From Escherichia phage phita32, in sequence record PQ758395: a DNA stretch of 64,000 nucleotides; one strand, written 5' to 3'. The position numbers were made by a program, and so were the translations under genes. Shown piece by piece: positions 10,668 through 19,575 of the stretch (its first letter is position 1; every line of letters starts with the position of its first letter). A model generated the notes under the pieces. That model ran no database searches and had not been told where the DNA came from. It worked only from the letters and a program-made list of their open reading frames with translations.

Positions 10668-10891
10668 CAACTTTGGTTAAAGCTACTTTTGTAGAAGAAA
10701 AGATGACAGACCTGTCCTTCTTTAAAGAAGGAAAGACCTACGAGGTTTATTACGATAAAAATCGTGCAAACAAGATGATTAAAGACGAGGAAGGGATTGC
10801 CTGGTTTATCTCCCATCTGGCAAACGGTGAGTATCATATCTACGGAACCACCCTGCTTGCCAAGTTCGTAGCTGTTGAAGAGGACCTATGA
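10664..10891 (+). CDS. hypothetical protein
   Basis: ORF with AAGGAG SD, ATGA overlap. Confidence 0.45.
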   Translation: MTTLVKATFVEEKMTDLSFFKEGKTYEVYYDKNRANKMIKDEEGIAWFISHLANGEYHIYGTTLLAKFVAVEEDL

Positions 10892-11082
10892 AAGTAAAGT
10901 ATCTGGCTGAGGGTATGAGTAGGTATTTCACCCTTGGTGAAGAATATTGGCCCTTTACAAGCAACGGCGATGTATACGTGAAAGATAATTTCGGCACGCC
11001 GTGGTTTCTGCACTCTAATGGGCTGGGATACTCCATTTACTGTGGTGCAGTGAACAACACAACCCTTGCAGAGTTCGTTTAA
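10888..11082 (+). CDS. hypothetical protein
   Basis: ORF, ATGA overlap with upstream gene. Confidence 0.4.
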   Translation: MKVKYLAEGMSRYFTLGEEYWPFTSNGDVYVKDNFGTPWFLHSNGLGYSIYCGAVNNTTLAEFV

Positions 11083-11092
11083 AGGAGGTAGG

Positions 11093-11464
11093 ATGTTAGT
11101 AAAAGGTACCCACACAGTCAAACAACGTATTGAAGTTGAGATTGATGATTGTGAGCTGAAGCATATTTTACGGTCATGCTCCAACGTTTTGCTCCTTAGC
11201 ATTCTTCAGGAGCGGGCAGAGAACGAGTTCTTAAATGCACTGGCAGGCCGTCCTGGTGACTTCTGTGTGCGTAAGCGTGGTGACAACAAGTCATGGTTGT
11301 GGGAAATCGATGCCGACTGGGATTACCACAAAAATGAGGGTATAGATGAGCCTATTCGTGAATTGACAGACAAAGAGATTCAGATGTACAATGAAGTTTG
11401 TCATTGGGCAACACGCCAACAAATTTACCTCGACCCTGTGTGGCTGATTGAAAATAGCCATTGA
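11093..11464 (+). CDS. hypothetical protein
   Basis: Start moved from track 11066 (TTG) to ATG 11093 with AAGGAGG SD. Confidence 0.45.
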   Translation: MLVKGTHTVKQRIEVEIDDCELKHILRSCSNVLLLSILQERAENEFLNALAGRPGDFCVRKRGDNKSWLWEIDADWDYHKNEGIDEPIRELTDKEIQMYNEVCHWATRQQIYLDPVWLIENSH

Positions 11465-11489
11465 CAAGAAGTAAGATTAGATATAAGAT
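11461..11489 (+). promoter_or_regulatory. sigma70-like promoter (TTGACA-17-TAAGAT)
   Basis: -35 TTGACA 11461-11466, 17-bp spacer, -10 TAAGAT 11484-11489, upstream of gene 11541. Confidence 0.4.
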
Positions 11490-11540
11490 GCTTCACACAA
11501 ACAGAGCGTTGATTTTTAAATAACTAAGGAGACTGCCAAG

Positions 11541-11792
11541 ATGAAAATTACTTTGAAGCCAGAATGCGTTGCAAATGACCGAGCTTTTAAAGATTGCACA
11601 GTCGGTGCAATTTATGAAGCAGAGTTTTGTGAGAGCCCTCTGGTAAAAGCCCTTCTGGAAGAAGGCTCTTTATCACAAGAAGAGATCGATGAGCTGGAAA
11701 ACTCAGCACAGTGCCTTACCTTTAAAGATGATGAAGGAGACTCTGTCTGGTGCACTGTTAACGAAGTCGTTTTTGTAAAACCTGAACATTAA
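11541..11792 (+). CDS. hypothetical protein (tandem paralog A)
   Basis: ORF with AAGGAGA SD; shares AF(K/R)DCT and DD(E/N)GD..(W/F)CT motifs with the next gene. Confidence 0.5.
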   Translation: MKITLKPECVANDRAFKDCTVGAIYEAEFCESPLVKALLEEGSLSQEEIDELENSAQCLTFKDDEGDSVWCTVNEVVFVKPEH

Positions 11793-11795
11793 TAC

Positions 11796-11824
11796 TTGAC
11801 AACAGTGATGGGGCCTAATATAAT
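11796..11824 (+). promoter_or_regulatory. consensus sigma70 promoter (TTGACA-17-TATAAT)
   Basis: Perfect -35 TTGACA 11796-11801 and -10 TATAAT 11819-11824 with 17-bp spacer. Confidence 0.6.
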
Positions 11825-11855
11825 GGCCCTATCAAAACGAAAGGGGACCACAGCA

Positions 11856-12116
11856 ATGACCAAACAATATCAACGAATTAAAGCCAAGGTTAAGCCAGAC
11901 TATCTGGAGAAAGACTCTGCTTTTCGGGACTGCACAGCCGACAAAGTTTACACAGGGGCTGTCCTATTGAACGATAAACTTGAAGTAGATGTGCTGGGTA
12001 AAGAGGCCGTTATCGAGGATGACAACGGTGACTGTGTTTTCTGCACCACACGGGAGCTAGAAGTCTTAGAATACTTCGGTGAAATCTTCAACTCCTTAGA
12101 CGACGAGGAAGCGTGA
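11856..12116 (+). CDS. hypothetical protein (tandem paralog B)
   Basis: Start moved from track 11796 (which overlaps the promoter) to ATG 11856; paralog of 11541..11792. Confidence 0.5.
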   Translation: MTKQYQRIKAKVKPDYLEKDSAFRDCTADKVYTGAVLLNDKLEVDVLGKEAVIEDDNGDCVFCTTRELEVLEYFGEIFNSLDDEEA

Positions 12117-12505
12117 TGAAAAATATTTGGGATATTGATATCTTTGAAGCCTCTAAGCTTGACGGTGCTGATGGAGTGATTATGGTGTCTGATGGCAAGG
12201 CAACACTAACTTCCGGAGATATCATCTATGCCTTGGACGAGCTGGCGCTTCTGAAATCTATCGGTAACACTTTGGAGGAGCGTCTTCAAGGCTTCGCTTT
12301 CAAAGAAGGTACAAATACCGCCATGATGTGCACCACACGGACAGTCCAGGTAGGTAACGGTGTCTATATGATCATTGCTGTGTGTCCTAAATTCAGCAAC
12401 GTCAACAAAGATGATACTGACGCTGTCAACGATGTGGTTGTTCTCTTCGTGGGTGACGCTATGGCAGATCTGATGAATGCAGGAGAAGCAGCAAATGAAG
12501 ACTGA
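12113..12505 (+). CDS. hypothetical protein
   Basis: ORF with GAGGAAG SD. Confidence 0.45.
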   Translation: MMKNIWDIDIFEASKLDGADGVIMVSDGKATLTSGDIIYALDELALLKSIGNTLEERLQGFAFKEGTNTAMMCTTRTVQVGNGVYMIIAVCPKFSNVNKDDTDAVNDVVVLFVGDAMADLMNAGEAANED

Positions 12506-12797
12506 AAACATCACCCCCGCAAGGTTCTTAAAAGTATACCGTGAACTGCTATATACTACAGAGGACAGTGTTCTAGAGTATCCAGAATATCTTTTGCTGT
12601 ATAAGTATCTGCAGGAGGCTGGTGAAAATCTGCCAGTTAGTGCAGAAGGTGGTCCGAACTGGATATACAGCGCATGGAGAAAGGTTGACATTCTCCCCGA
12701 CCCAGGTAAAGATATGGTAGTTTGGCAGCTTATCAACAACATCGGGATTCCAATCTTTGATGAAGCTGTTAAAATCTATTTTGAACTTGACGATTAA
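12495..12797 (+). CDS. hypothetical protein
   Basis: Start moved from 12477 to ATG 12495 (AGGAGA SD at 12481). Confidence 0.4.
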   Translation: MKTENITPARFLKVYRELLYTTEDSVLEYPEYLLLYKYLQEAGENLPVSAEGGPNWIYSAWRKVDILPDPGKDMVVWQLINNIGIPIFDEAVKIYFELDD

Positions 12798-12814
12798 TAT
12801 CAGGAGACCTTAAG

Positions 12815-13060
12815 ATGACTGAAGTAGTTGCTCGCGCAGGACAGAAAGTACGTTGTGTTGAAGTAGGTTTTGGTGGCAAAGGGTGTCAAAACTTGACTCA
12901 AGGTAAGGAATACGCTGTTATTTCTGGTGGTGGCGACGAAAGTATTGTGTTCGAGGGCCACATCCTGGATGCTGAAAACTTTGAAATCTTTGACGACGAT
13001 GGGGATCCGATCACCTGCCTGCTGGACGGGAATTGGGGAACTTTTGAAGTGATTGGCTAA
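12815..13060 (+). CDS. hypothetical protein
   Basis: ORF with AGGAGA SD. Confidence 0.45.
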   Translation: MTEVVARAGQKVRCVEVGFGGKGCQNLTQGKEYAVISGGGDESIVFEGHILDAENFEIFDDDGDPITCLLDGNWGTFEVIG

Positions 13061-13143
13061 CAAATATCTATTGTAATTTGCAGAAGGGGATGCTAAAATA
13101 GTGTCTCCTTCTATGTTGTTCAAATAAAATCGGAGATTCCATA

Positions 13144-13509
13144 ATGGAACAAATGAACGATCAAGCGTCGGTTGCGATGAACGAGCAAGAACAACCTCAA
13201 GAATTTTTCTTAGGGTTAAGTAAAGATCAAGTGTCTCTTTTGCTAGTGCTTTCTTCTTTCATGGGAAGACTTCAAGAGCTCACACAACAACCGGAGGCTG
13301 AACAATTATTTCAGGCTCTGCGTGAAGAAGAAAAATATCGTCGTTTGGACTATGCCTTAGGTTGGGTAGCTCAACAACGGGATATGCTGATGGCCCTCTC
13401 TGGGACCACAAGTTTTGCAATGGGCCTGTTGGCTCAAGTTCAGGACAAATTAATTCAAGCAGGGTTCGCACACACGGCAAGCACTAACGAAGAACAAGGA
13501 GACAAATAA
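13144..13509 (+). CDS. hypothetical protein
   Basis: ORF with SD; Gln/Glu-rich. Confidence 0.45.
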   Translation: MEQMNDQASVAMNEQEQPQEFFLGLSKDQVSLLLVLSSFMGRLQELTQQPEAEQLFQALREEEKYRRLDYALGWVAQQRDMLMALSGTTSFAMGLLAQVQDKLIQAGFAHTASTNEEQGDK

Positions 13510-14780
13510 TGAGCGTTATTCAACAATTCGCTAACCCAATGAATCCGCGTGAAACTGTTTTACTGGCTCACGGCATGATTAAACGTGTTAGCATCAAGCC
13601 TATCAAAGGTGCTGATCCTACAACAGGTATTAAAACCACTGTGTGGCAAGGTAAGAAAATTGAATCCAGCCACACCATCTCTTTACTGATTTCTGAACTG
13701 GATTCCTCTGATAACCTGCTTCAAGGTGGTGAAGAAGTCTGGATCAGCATGGGTGATAAGCTGCTTAAACCAGGTCATCAAGACTCTGTCTCTGTTAAGA
13801 TTGATGACAAGTGGGAAACCGTAACGCCAGGATGGATCGTAAATATCCCTTTGAAGGCAAACGAGCATAACGGTAAGACCTATTACAAGGGCTCACTGGC
13901 TAAGATGGTTAAGCTGGGTGCAGGAGAGGCTCCAGCAGCGACTCAGCAGCAAAAACAGCAACAAGGTGCACAATCACAAGGCCAGAAGCAGAAACCTCAG
14001 CAGAATGCCAATCAGGACGTTTTACGCATCTATGGTGATGTGACTCAGATTGTTGGCAACGTGGTTACTGTTAATGACCACAAGATTGGCGAAGGTGCTA
14101 TGGTTGTCACTGATGAGCAGCTTAAAGATCTGGTGGTAGGTGGTCGTGTTGCAGCCATTGTTGACAAAGACACCGGAAACATTATCAGTGGTTTCAAAGC
14201 CTATCCTCCTAAGGCAGAGAACGGCACTCAAGGCTCCGGTGGCAAGCGTAAATCCTCTTACGACCCTATCGGTGTGGAAACGGGGCATAGCATCAATGCG
14301 TTGCAGATCATCCTGGATCGCGGGTTTAAGGTAGACGACCCACTGGGCGTGGCTAAAACACTGCACGTAGTCACCATTGAGCTTAAGAAAGAGTATGCTC
14401 AAGCCACCAACCGAACTGAAGATGAAGTAGGTGCCAGTGTCGGTAATGCGGTGTTGAACGCTTGTCGCCGTATTGACAAGAAAACGAAAGTTGATGATTT
14501 TGCAGCGGCAATTACTGCAGAAGCAAAAGATGTCTTGACTAATCTGGCTGAGCCGTTGTACGATTGGATCAAGAACGGTGCTGGGTCAACTGACCATCAA
14601 GAACCTCAGGCTGCCAAACAGGAAGCAGCTCCACAGCAAAACACTGTAGACGCTCCTCCTGTAAATGATGAGGAAGATGACCCAATGGATCAGAATCCGG
14701 CGCAGTATGACTTCTGTGATGACATACCTTTCGCTCCGGTAGGTTTGCAATATGGCAAAAGTAGAATCCACGCATTGTAA
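13509..14780 (+). CDS. hypothetical protein with Gln-rich linker and SSB-like acidic DDIPF tip (possible ssDNA-binding/replication accessory protein)
   Basis: [20 protein letters not shown] low-complexity linker; acidic [22 protein letters not shown] near C-terminus resembling the E. coli SSB tip; ORF reads 18 aa past DDIPF into the next gene. Confidence 0.4.
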   Translation: MSVIQQFANPMNPRETVLLAHGMIKRVSIKPIKGADPTTGIKTTVWQGKKIESSHTISLLISELDSSDNLLQGGEEVWISMGDKLLKPGHQDSVSVKIDDKWETVTPGWIVNIPLKANEHNGKTYYKGSLAKMVKLGAGEAPAATQQQKQQQGAQSQGQKQKPQQNANQDVLRIYGDVTQIVGNVVTVNDHKIGEGAMVVTDEQLKDLVVGGRVAAIVDKDTGNIISGFKAYPPKAENGTQGSGGKRKSSYDPIGVETGHSINALQIILDRGFKVDDPLGVAKTLHVVTIELKKEYAQATNRTEDEVGASVGNAVLNACRRIDKKTKVDDFAAAITAEAKDVLTNLAEPLYDWIKNGAGSTDHQEPQAAKQEAAPQQNTVDAPPVNDEEDDPMDQNPAQYDFCDDIPFAPVGLQYGKSRIHAL

Positions 14781-15375
14781 GAGGTGCATCAAGTGCGGGG
14801 AGGTGAAAGACCTCTCCGAGTTCTACAAACACCAAAAGATGTCTGACGGTCATCTTAATAAGTGCAAAGAGTGTTGCAAGAAGGCCAGTAGGGAGGCTGA
14901 CCAATTTTCCTACGACTCTTCAGAAAAAGGTGTAATACGCGTGCTGTACAAGGCTCAAAAGTGCAACAGCAAGCAAAGAGGTCACCCGCCTCCGACTTAC
15001 ACCAAAAAAGAGTTTAAGGAGTGGCTATACCTAAACGGTTACAAAGAGTTGTATGATCAATGGGTAGCCAGCGGATACGACAAAAGGAAAAAGCCTTCTT
15101 GTGACAGGATAGATGATTTCAAAGGGTACTCTTTTGATAATATCCGTTTAACGACTTGGGGAGAAAATAAAGACAAGCAGACAGAGGATATTCTGTTGCA
15201 TAGAAGCACCAGCGGTAGACGGTGTAAAAATGTAAGGAGGCTGGACATGAATGGCAACGTTCTTAAAGAATGGGTATCCCACAATTCTTGTAGAAGAGAA
15301 ACCGGAATATGTGTTGATTACTACATTCATGAAAAAATTCCAGCCCCGGATGGATACCTCTATGAATACTTTTAG
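14752..15375 (+). CDS. putative zinc-finger / HNH-like homing endonuclease
   Basis: N-terminal [26 protein letters not shown] zinc-finger pattern common in phage homing endonucleases; [22 protein letters not shown] resembles a degenerate HNH_3 motif. Confidence 0.4.
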   Translation: MAKVESTHCKRCIKCGEVKDLSEFYKHQKMSDGHLNKCKECCKKASREADQFSYDSSEKGVIRVLYKAQKCNSKQRGHPPPTYTKKEFKEWLYLNGYKELYDQWVASGYDKRKKPSCDRIDDFKGYSFDNIRLTTWGENKDKQTEDILLHRSTSGRRCKNVRRLDMNGNVLKEWVSHNSCRRETGICVDYYIHEKIPAPDGYLYEYF

Positions 15376-15390
15376 CACCTAACTAACATA

Positions 15391-15419
15391 GCCCTGCCCG
15401 AAAGGGTGGGGCATTTTTG
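15391..15419 (+). terminator. rho-independent terminator (duplicate of 3666 element)
   Basis: Identical GCCCTGCCCGAAAGGGTGGGGC hairpin followed by ATTTTTGT. Confidence 0.7.
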
Positions 15420-15437
15420 TATAAGGAGATCTGAAAA

Positions 15438-15653
15438 ATGACATTAGAAGATATCATTGTTAAACCTGAGAACTATGACCAATACAACCTGTCAACTCAA
15501 TCTGTAGGCCTCGGATGCGCCACAGTCAGTGCATGGCTGGTTAACGGAAAAGAGCTTGACGAGTGCCTGGAAGCACACATGTCGGTGAATAAATTTCTTG
15601 ATGAAAATACCCACTGGCTGGAGGGTGCAGGAGTATATGCTTCATGGTTGTAG
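15438..15653 (+). CDS. hypothetical protein
   Basis: ORF with AAGGAGA SD. Confidence 0.4.
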   Translation: MTLEDIIVKPENYDQYNLSTQSVGLGCATVSAWLVNGKELDECLEAHMSVNKFLDENTHWLEGAGVYASWL

Positions 15654-15656
15654 AGT

Positions 15657-15854
15657 ATGGGATTCGACTACCAATCTGAAGAGGGGTGGTGGAGCTATTT
15701 AGCTATCTGCCCAGAGACGCTGCAATGCTTCATGAAATATTCTGAAGATTTGGAGTACCGGGCGGTGGTTGATAGTGCTATTGCCCGTTATAGCCGTAAA
15801 CCTTTTTCCCACGACATTAAAACTGTGGAAGAGTTTGTTGAAGTTTTCTGTTGA
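15657..15854 (+). CDS. hypothetical protein
   Basis: ORF immediately downstream, weak SD. Confidence 0.35.
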   Translation: MGFDYQSEEGWWSYLAICPETLQCFMKYSEDLEYRAVVDSAIARYSRKPFSHDIKTVEEFVEVFC

Positions 15855-15950
15855 CACAGGTTGAAAGGTGTGCAATTATAACTTCATAGAACGGGAGGAC
15901 GTGATGAACGAAGAAAACTGGGATGTATAACTAACAGGAGGCCACTGCCC

Positions 15951-16148
15951 ATGATTTATCGAATCCGTGTAAGAGAAGATGTACCAGGCTGTTACTTTGA
16001 CTGGCGTGGGTGGTGGTTTCTCCACCCGATGGATGGACTCACAGATAGAATGCTGGATGCTGCCCTTTATACAGATACCGACATAGAATATAATCTCTAC
16101 CTGAAGGACGGTATAGATAACGGTCTATTTGAAGCAATTCCTGTGTAA
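15951..16148 (+). CDS. hypothetical protein
   Basis: ORF with AGGAGG SD; TTGACA at 15851 upstream. Confidence 0.4.
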   Translation: MIYRIRVREDVPGCYFDWRGWWFLHPMDGLTDRMLDAALYTDTDIEYNLYLKDGIDNGLFEAIPV

Positions 16149-16216
16149 GAGACTGTGATAGCCATGTTTTATGATCTTCCTGTAGCACCACCACCTGTTG
16201 AACCCGGAGAACTAAG

Positions 16217-16642
16217 ATGATCTATGAAATGCCAAAACTGATTCGTGACGATGCCCAAAACGCTCACACCATTATTATGGGCAAACGCATGGATATTATT
16301 TGTCATAAAGATTTCTGGGAAGGAAGTTACTTCACAGAGTATTTTGGTAAACTGGACAATGGTCTGCTGATCCAGTTCTACACCGATGCGGAAAACAATA
16401 TCTGCTGGGAGTTCGAAACTGAAGATATCCATAAACTTTTCACCTTCCTCGGTATTAAGGTTGAGGCCAAGTTTGAAGAAGGTGAGTGCGACGATTGTGG
16501 ATTCTACGAGGTAACAGATTTCTACCTCCCGAGCGGTGAGAACCTTTACTATGAAAGCCACTTCGGTAACTCCAATATGCCACAGTGCTGGACTGAGTTT
16601 TTTGAAATTGCGGAAGAGGAGCTGGCATACCGTGATTATTGA
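16217..16642 (+). CDS. hypothetical protein
   Basis: ORF with GGAGA SD; acidic, Cys pair CDDC. Confidence 0.45.
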   Translation: MIYEMPKLIRDDAQNAHTIIMGKRMDIICHKDFWEGSYFTEYFGKLDNGLLIQFYTDAENNICWEFETEDIHKLFTFLGIKVEAKFEEGECDDCGFYEVTDFYLPSGENLYYESHFGNSNMPQCWTEFFEIAEEELAYRDY

Positions 16643-17090
16643 TACTGTAGGGGGAGATCTAATCTCTCTTTTCAAGAAAGGGTCGGGCCACATGATCCAC
16701 GGTTGTAACTGCTTTCACACAATGGGTGCAGGCATAGCGAAAGACATTGCCCGTGAGTTCCCTCAAGCACTGGCAGCCGACAAAGAGACTGCTTATGGTA
16801 ATCTAGACAAGCTGGGTATGTTTTCTTGTTGGGAGCATTTTGCCAAGAACAGGGTCGTATATGGAATCAACCTGTATACCCAGTTCTACCCAGGGCCCAA
16901 TGCTGAATACTTCTCAATCATGAAAGGTTTTGAGCGAGTCAACGAGGTATTCAAAGGTGTGTCATTGCCGTTCTACATTCCTAAAATCGGATGCGGTATT
17001 GGCGGTCTAAAGTGGGAACATGTAGAAGATGTAATTAATCTTGCAACCACAGATATTGATGTGGTTGTAGTAGAGTACAAAAAGTGTTGA
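16632..17090 (+). CDS. macro domain protein (ADP-ribose binding/hydrolase fold)
   Basis: VGGDLISL..GSGHMIHGCNCFHTMGAGIAKDI and FYIPKIGCGIGGL match macrodomain signature motifs; GTG 16632 (GAGGAG SD) preferred over track start 16536, which overlaps the upstream gene. Confidence 0.6.
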   Translation: MIIDTVGGDLISLFKKGSGHMIHGCNCFHTMGAGIAKDIAREFPQALAADKETAYGNLDKLGMFSCWEHFAKNRVVYGINLYTQFYPGPNAEYFSIMKGFERVNEVFKGVSLPFYIPKIGCGIGGLKWEHVEDVINLATTDIDVVVVEYKKC

Positions 17091-17111
17091 CGACCATCTT
17101 CTGAGGTGATA

Positions 17112-17154
17112 TAGTCTCCACAACAACTAAGAGAGGAGAGCACTGTGGAGACTA
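17112..17154. repeat. inverted repeat (11-bp arms TAGTCTCCACA / TGTGGAGACTA, 21-nt spacer)
   Basis: Perfect 11-bp inverted repeat just downstream of the macro gene; no U-tract, so operator or RNA hairpin rather than canonical terminator. Confidence 0.35.
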
Positions 17155-17341
17155 AAATCTTAATTCTTGCTGTGGTAGATACAACCGAAGGAGCTATATT
17201 CGAATCTGCAGGAGGGTATTTCTACCTACCATACGGAAAAAGAACTTCCGAGCCAAGTAAAGATTCAATCCTCAAAGTGTTCCCGTGTGCTTTCTGGCTG
17301 GAGATTTTGGTATAAGATTGCAGAGGATTTGGGAGAGAATT

Positions 17342-17536
17342 ATGAGAAACAAGAAAGAGCTTTACTCTGGTGAGTGGATCAACGATCAACAGGTGGGAGA
17401 GGTAACCTGCTTCCGATGTTTTACCAGGTACAATCTTAAAACTGCACCAAAAAGTGTTCCAAAGACTGATGGTTATTACATAAAAGAACCTCATTGCCCA
17501 AAATGTAAATGCCGATTATACTGGAGTAACCTGTAA
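17342..17536 (+). CDS. small zinc-ribbon protein
   Basis: Start moved from track 17285 to ATG 17342 (GGGAGAGA SD); CFRC..CPKCKC motif. Confidence 0.4.
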   Translation: MRNKKELYSGEWINDQQVGEVTCFRCFTRYNLKTAPKSVPKTDGYYIKEPHCPKCKCRLYWSNL

Positions 17537-17540
17537 AAGA

Positions 17541-17568
17541 TTGACATCTGAAAACTGCAGTGTATAAT
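17541..17568 (+). promoter_or_regulatory. sigma70-like promoter (TTGACA-16-TATAAT)
   Basis: -35 TTGACA 17541-17546, -10 TATAAT 17563-17568. Confidence 0.55.
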
Positions 17569-17599
17569 ATATGCATAAACTAACAGAGAGTGATGTATT

Positions 17600-17791
17600 A
17601 TGGTAATTTTTAACCGGGATGGTATCATAGTTAGACAGCACCCGTTCCTTGAATACTATCAAATTGAGCAATGGTGCTACGGGGATTGCAGTCACTCCTA
17701 TGGGCAAAGTTGGGGATATCGTACAGTTTTTGAATCAACAGACCTTGACAAAGTAAGACAGAAAGTTTTAGAACTTATTAACAACAAGTGA
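17600..17791 (+). CDS. hypothetical protein
   Basis: ORF downstream of promoter. Confidence 0.4.
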   Translation: MVIFNRDGIIVRQHPFLEYYQIEQWCYGDCSHSYGQSWGYRTVFESTDLDKVRQKVLELINNK

Positions 17792-17798
17792 GTATGAT

Positions 17799-18131
17799 AT
17801 GGTAACATTAGAAAGACGTAAAGCTATCGCCGCCACACTGGCAGACATCTTTTGGGATTGTAATTTAAAATCTACCCGAAATTGTGGTGCATCTGTAGAT
17901 GTATTATTCCCACGGCCTACTATTGTTGCAATGGGCAACCTGCTCGATGTGGTATACGGAGCATGGGACAAGGAAGGTGGATTCTATATCTGGCAACCTG
18001 ACTACGGGACTTGGAAAGAGGTTAGTGGTTCTACGGACTTCACTCCTGCAGTGGCTAAAATGGATGGCTGGAAAATCTATGTCGGTAACGACATGGAACT
18101 GAAAGGCGAAATTGTTTACTGGTTACCTTAA
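17799..18131 (+). CDS. hypothetical protein
   Basis: ORF in same array. Confidence 0.45.
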   Translation: MVTLERRKAIAATLADIFWDCNLKSTRNCGASVDVLFPRPTIVAMGNLLDVVYGAWDKEGGFYIWQPDYGTWKEVSGSTDFTPAVAKMDGWKIYVGNDMELKGEIVYWLP

Positions 18132-18152
18132 AAAAGTCCAGGAGATAAAGTT

Positions 18153-18398
18153 ATGAACAAAGGGTGGACATTTGTAGACGGCGTTAAAAACATGCCTCTA
18201 GGAAAGTATATTGTAGCCATGGCAGATGAGAATGGCAAGGTGGATTTCGGAGTTTGCGAGGTTGTTCTTGCAGGATCTGGTGACTATGCTCACAAAACTG
18301 GGATAATTAACGATCATTTCTACTTTGATTACAACCCTGTTGTGGCGTATATGGCTATGCCAGAGTTAGAGCTCCCAAAGGAGGGTGCAGATGTTTAA
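18153..18398 (+). CDS. hypothetical protein
   Basis: ORF with CAGGAGA SD. Confidence 0.45.
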   Translation: MNKGWTFVDGVKNMPLGKYIVAMADENGKVDFGVCEVVLAGSGDYAHKTGIINDHFYFDYNPVVAYMAMPELELPKEGADV

Positions 18399-18588
18399 GC
18401 TTAAATCTGCATGGAACATCGCTGTGGGGGACGAGATCCGCATCCCAGGTGGAAAGACCATTATGAAGATATCACGTATCGAGTATGAAGGTGATCGTGT
18501 ATTTCATATCTTTGCAGAAGATGGCCGAGAAATTTATATACAGGCAGGCTCTCACATCTATATCCGTAAGAAAGGGGACGACAAATGA
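18385..18588 (+). CDS. hypothetical protein
   Basis: ORF with AAGGAGGG SD. Confidence 0.4.
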   Translation: MQMFKLKSAWNIAVGDEIRIPGGKTIMKISRIEYEGDRVFHIFAEDGREIYIQAGSHIYIRKKGDDK

Positions 18589-18917
18589 CAGAGATCATCG
18601 TTTCAACTGCAGGGTATGTATTCCTGACAATCATTGCGCTGGCTATTCTGGTGGCGGTGTATGGATTTGTTATCCTGCCTATTCTTGAGACATTTAGTTT
18701 GTGTCGGTGCTGGAGAAAAGCTTACGGACCACAACCGTGGAAAGACTGGTTCCATTTGGTGCGTATAGCGTTCTCTTATGCCTATGACCACTCTAGCAGT
18801 GCATGCGTAACCGGGTACCATGCCTACAACTGGAACTGGGAAGGGCTGGGGAGATGGACTGTTACAAAAACTATACCCTTACGGTTGTATAAAGGAAAGA
18901 ACACACTGGGAGCCTGA
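18585..18917 (+). CDS. putative membrane protein
   Basis: N-terminal hydrophobic helix IVSTAGYVFLTIIALAILVAVYGFVILPIL; AAAGGGGA SD. Confidence 0.45.
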   Translation: MTEIIVSTAGYVFLTIIALAILVAVYGFVILPILETFSLCRCWRKAYGPQPWKDWFHLVRIAFSYAYDHSSSACVTGYHAYNWNWEGLGRWTVTKTIPLRLYKGKNTLGA

Positions 18918-18929
18918 TATTTTAAGTTA

Positions 18930-19500
18930 TCAGGTTGCCAGAGATCAGGAGGATTTCTAAAATGGATTTCCTCCTTTTGATATTTTACCTACCAGGATAT
19001 TTTAAAATCCTTAGAAAATCAGAAAATGGATCGAAAACTAAAATGGATTTTTCAGAGCAGGCACGACGAGATGAACCACTCATCCTATCGTTTGCACCAT
19101 ATTCCAGACCACCATTACAGATTTCCCGCACATGCTCACATCCTTCTCCTAGAACTTCCCCCACTTACCCTTGACCTTTTATGGTAATGATATAACCACT
19201 ATCTTGAAGTTGCGGTGCAGCTTTCCAAGTACTCGATCTGTTTTTCGTTTCAAAGATTGAATTTTCTGAAAATTTTTCTCGATAAATTTCTCAGTACTCG
19301 ATCTGTTTTTCGTTTTCTGAATCGGATTTTCTGGAAATCGTTCCGGCTCTCGACCTGAAATTTTTGGGGACGAAATCGATTTTTCGTTTTCAGAAATGGA
19401 TTTTTAAAATTTCTATATGGGAATATTTTAGTGGATACTATTTTATAGGAAATTGTTACGGAGGGTAATTAGCGTGCTAATTAAATTTATTAAATGCGAG
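18930..19500. repeat. ORF-poor region with short direct-repeat families
   Basis: AAATGGAT(T/C) four times (about 18961, 19024, 19040, 19405); TACTCGATCTGTTTTTCGTTT twice (19221, 19293); TTTTCGTTTTC variants. Confidence 0.4.
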
Positions 19501-19518
19501 GAGTTCTAATTTAGAATT

Positions 19519-19537
19519 TTGAATGATAATCATTCTC
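19519..19537. promoter_or_regulatory. Fur-box-like site 1
   Basis: ttgAATGATAATCATTcTC matches 15 of 19 positions of the Fur consensus GATAATGATAATCATTATC. Confidence 0.3.
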
Positions 19538-19552
19538 GTTTGCAGAATAACG

Positions 19553-19575
19553 GGCAGGCCCGGTGATTGTCTCCC
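19553..19575 (+). repeat. GC-rich 23-bp element GGCAGGCCCGGTGATTGTCTCCC (left copy)
   Basis: Recurs degenerate at 19696-19712 and as an exact inverted copy at 29118-29140. Confidence 0.45.

Noticed and set aside
18935-19174. 79-aa plus-strand ORF
   Set aside because: Overlaps the direct-repeat region, low-complexity product, no SD; likely a chance ORF.
18930-19500. CRISPR array
   Set aside because: Repeats are short (9-21 bp), differ in sequence and are irregularly spaced; no cas genes.
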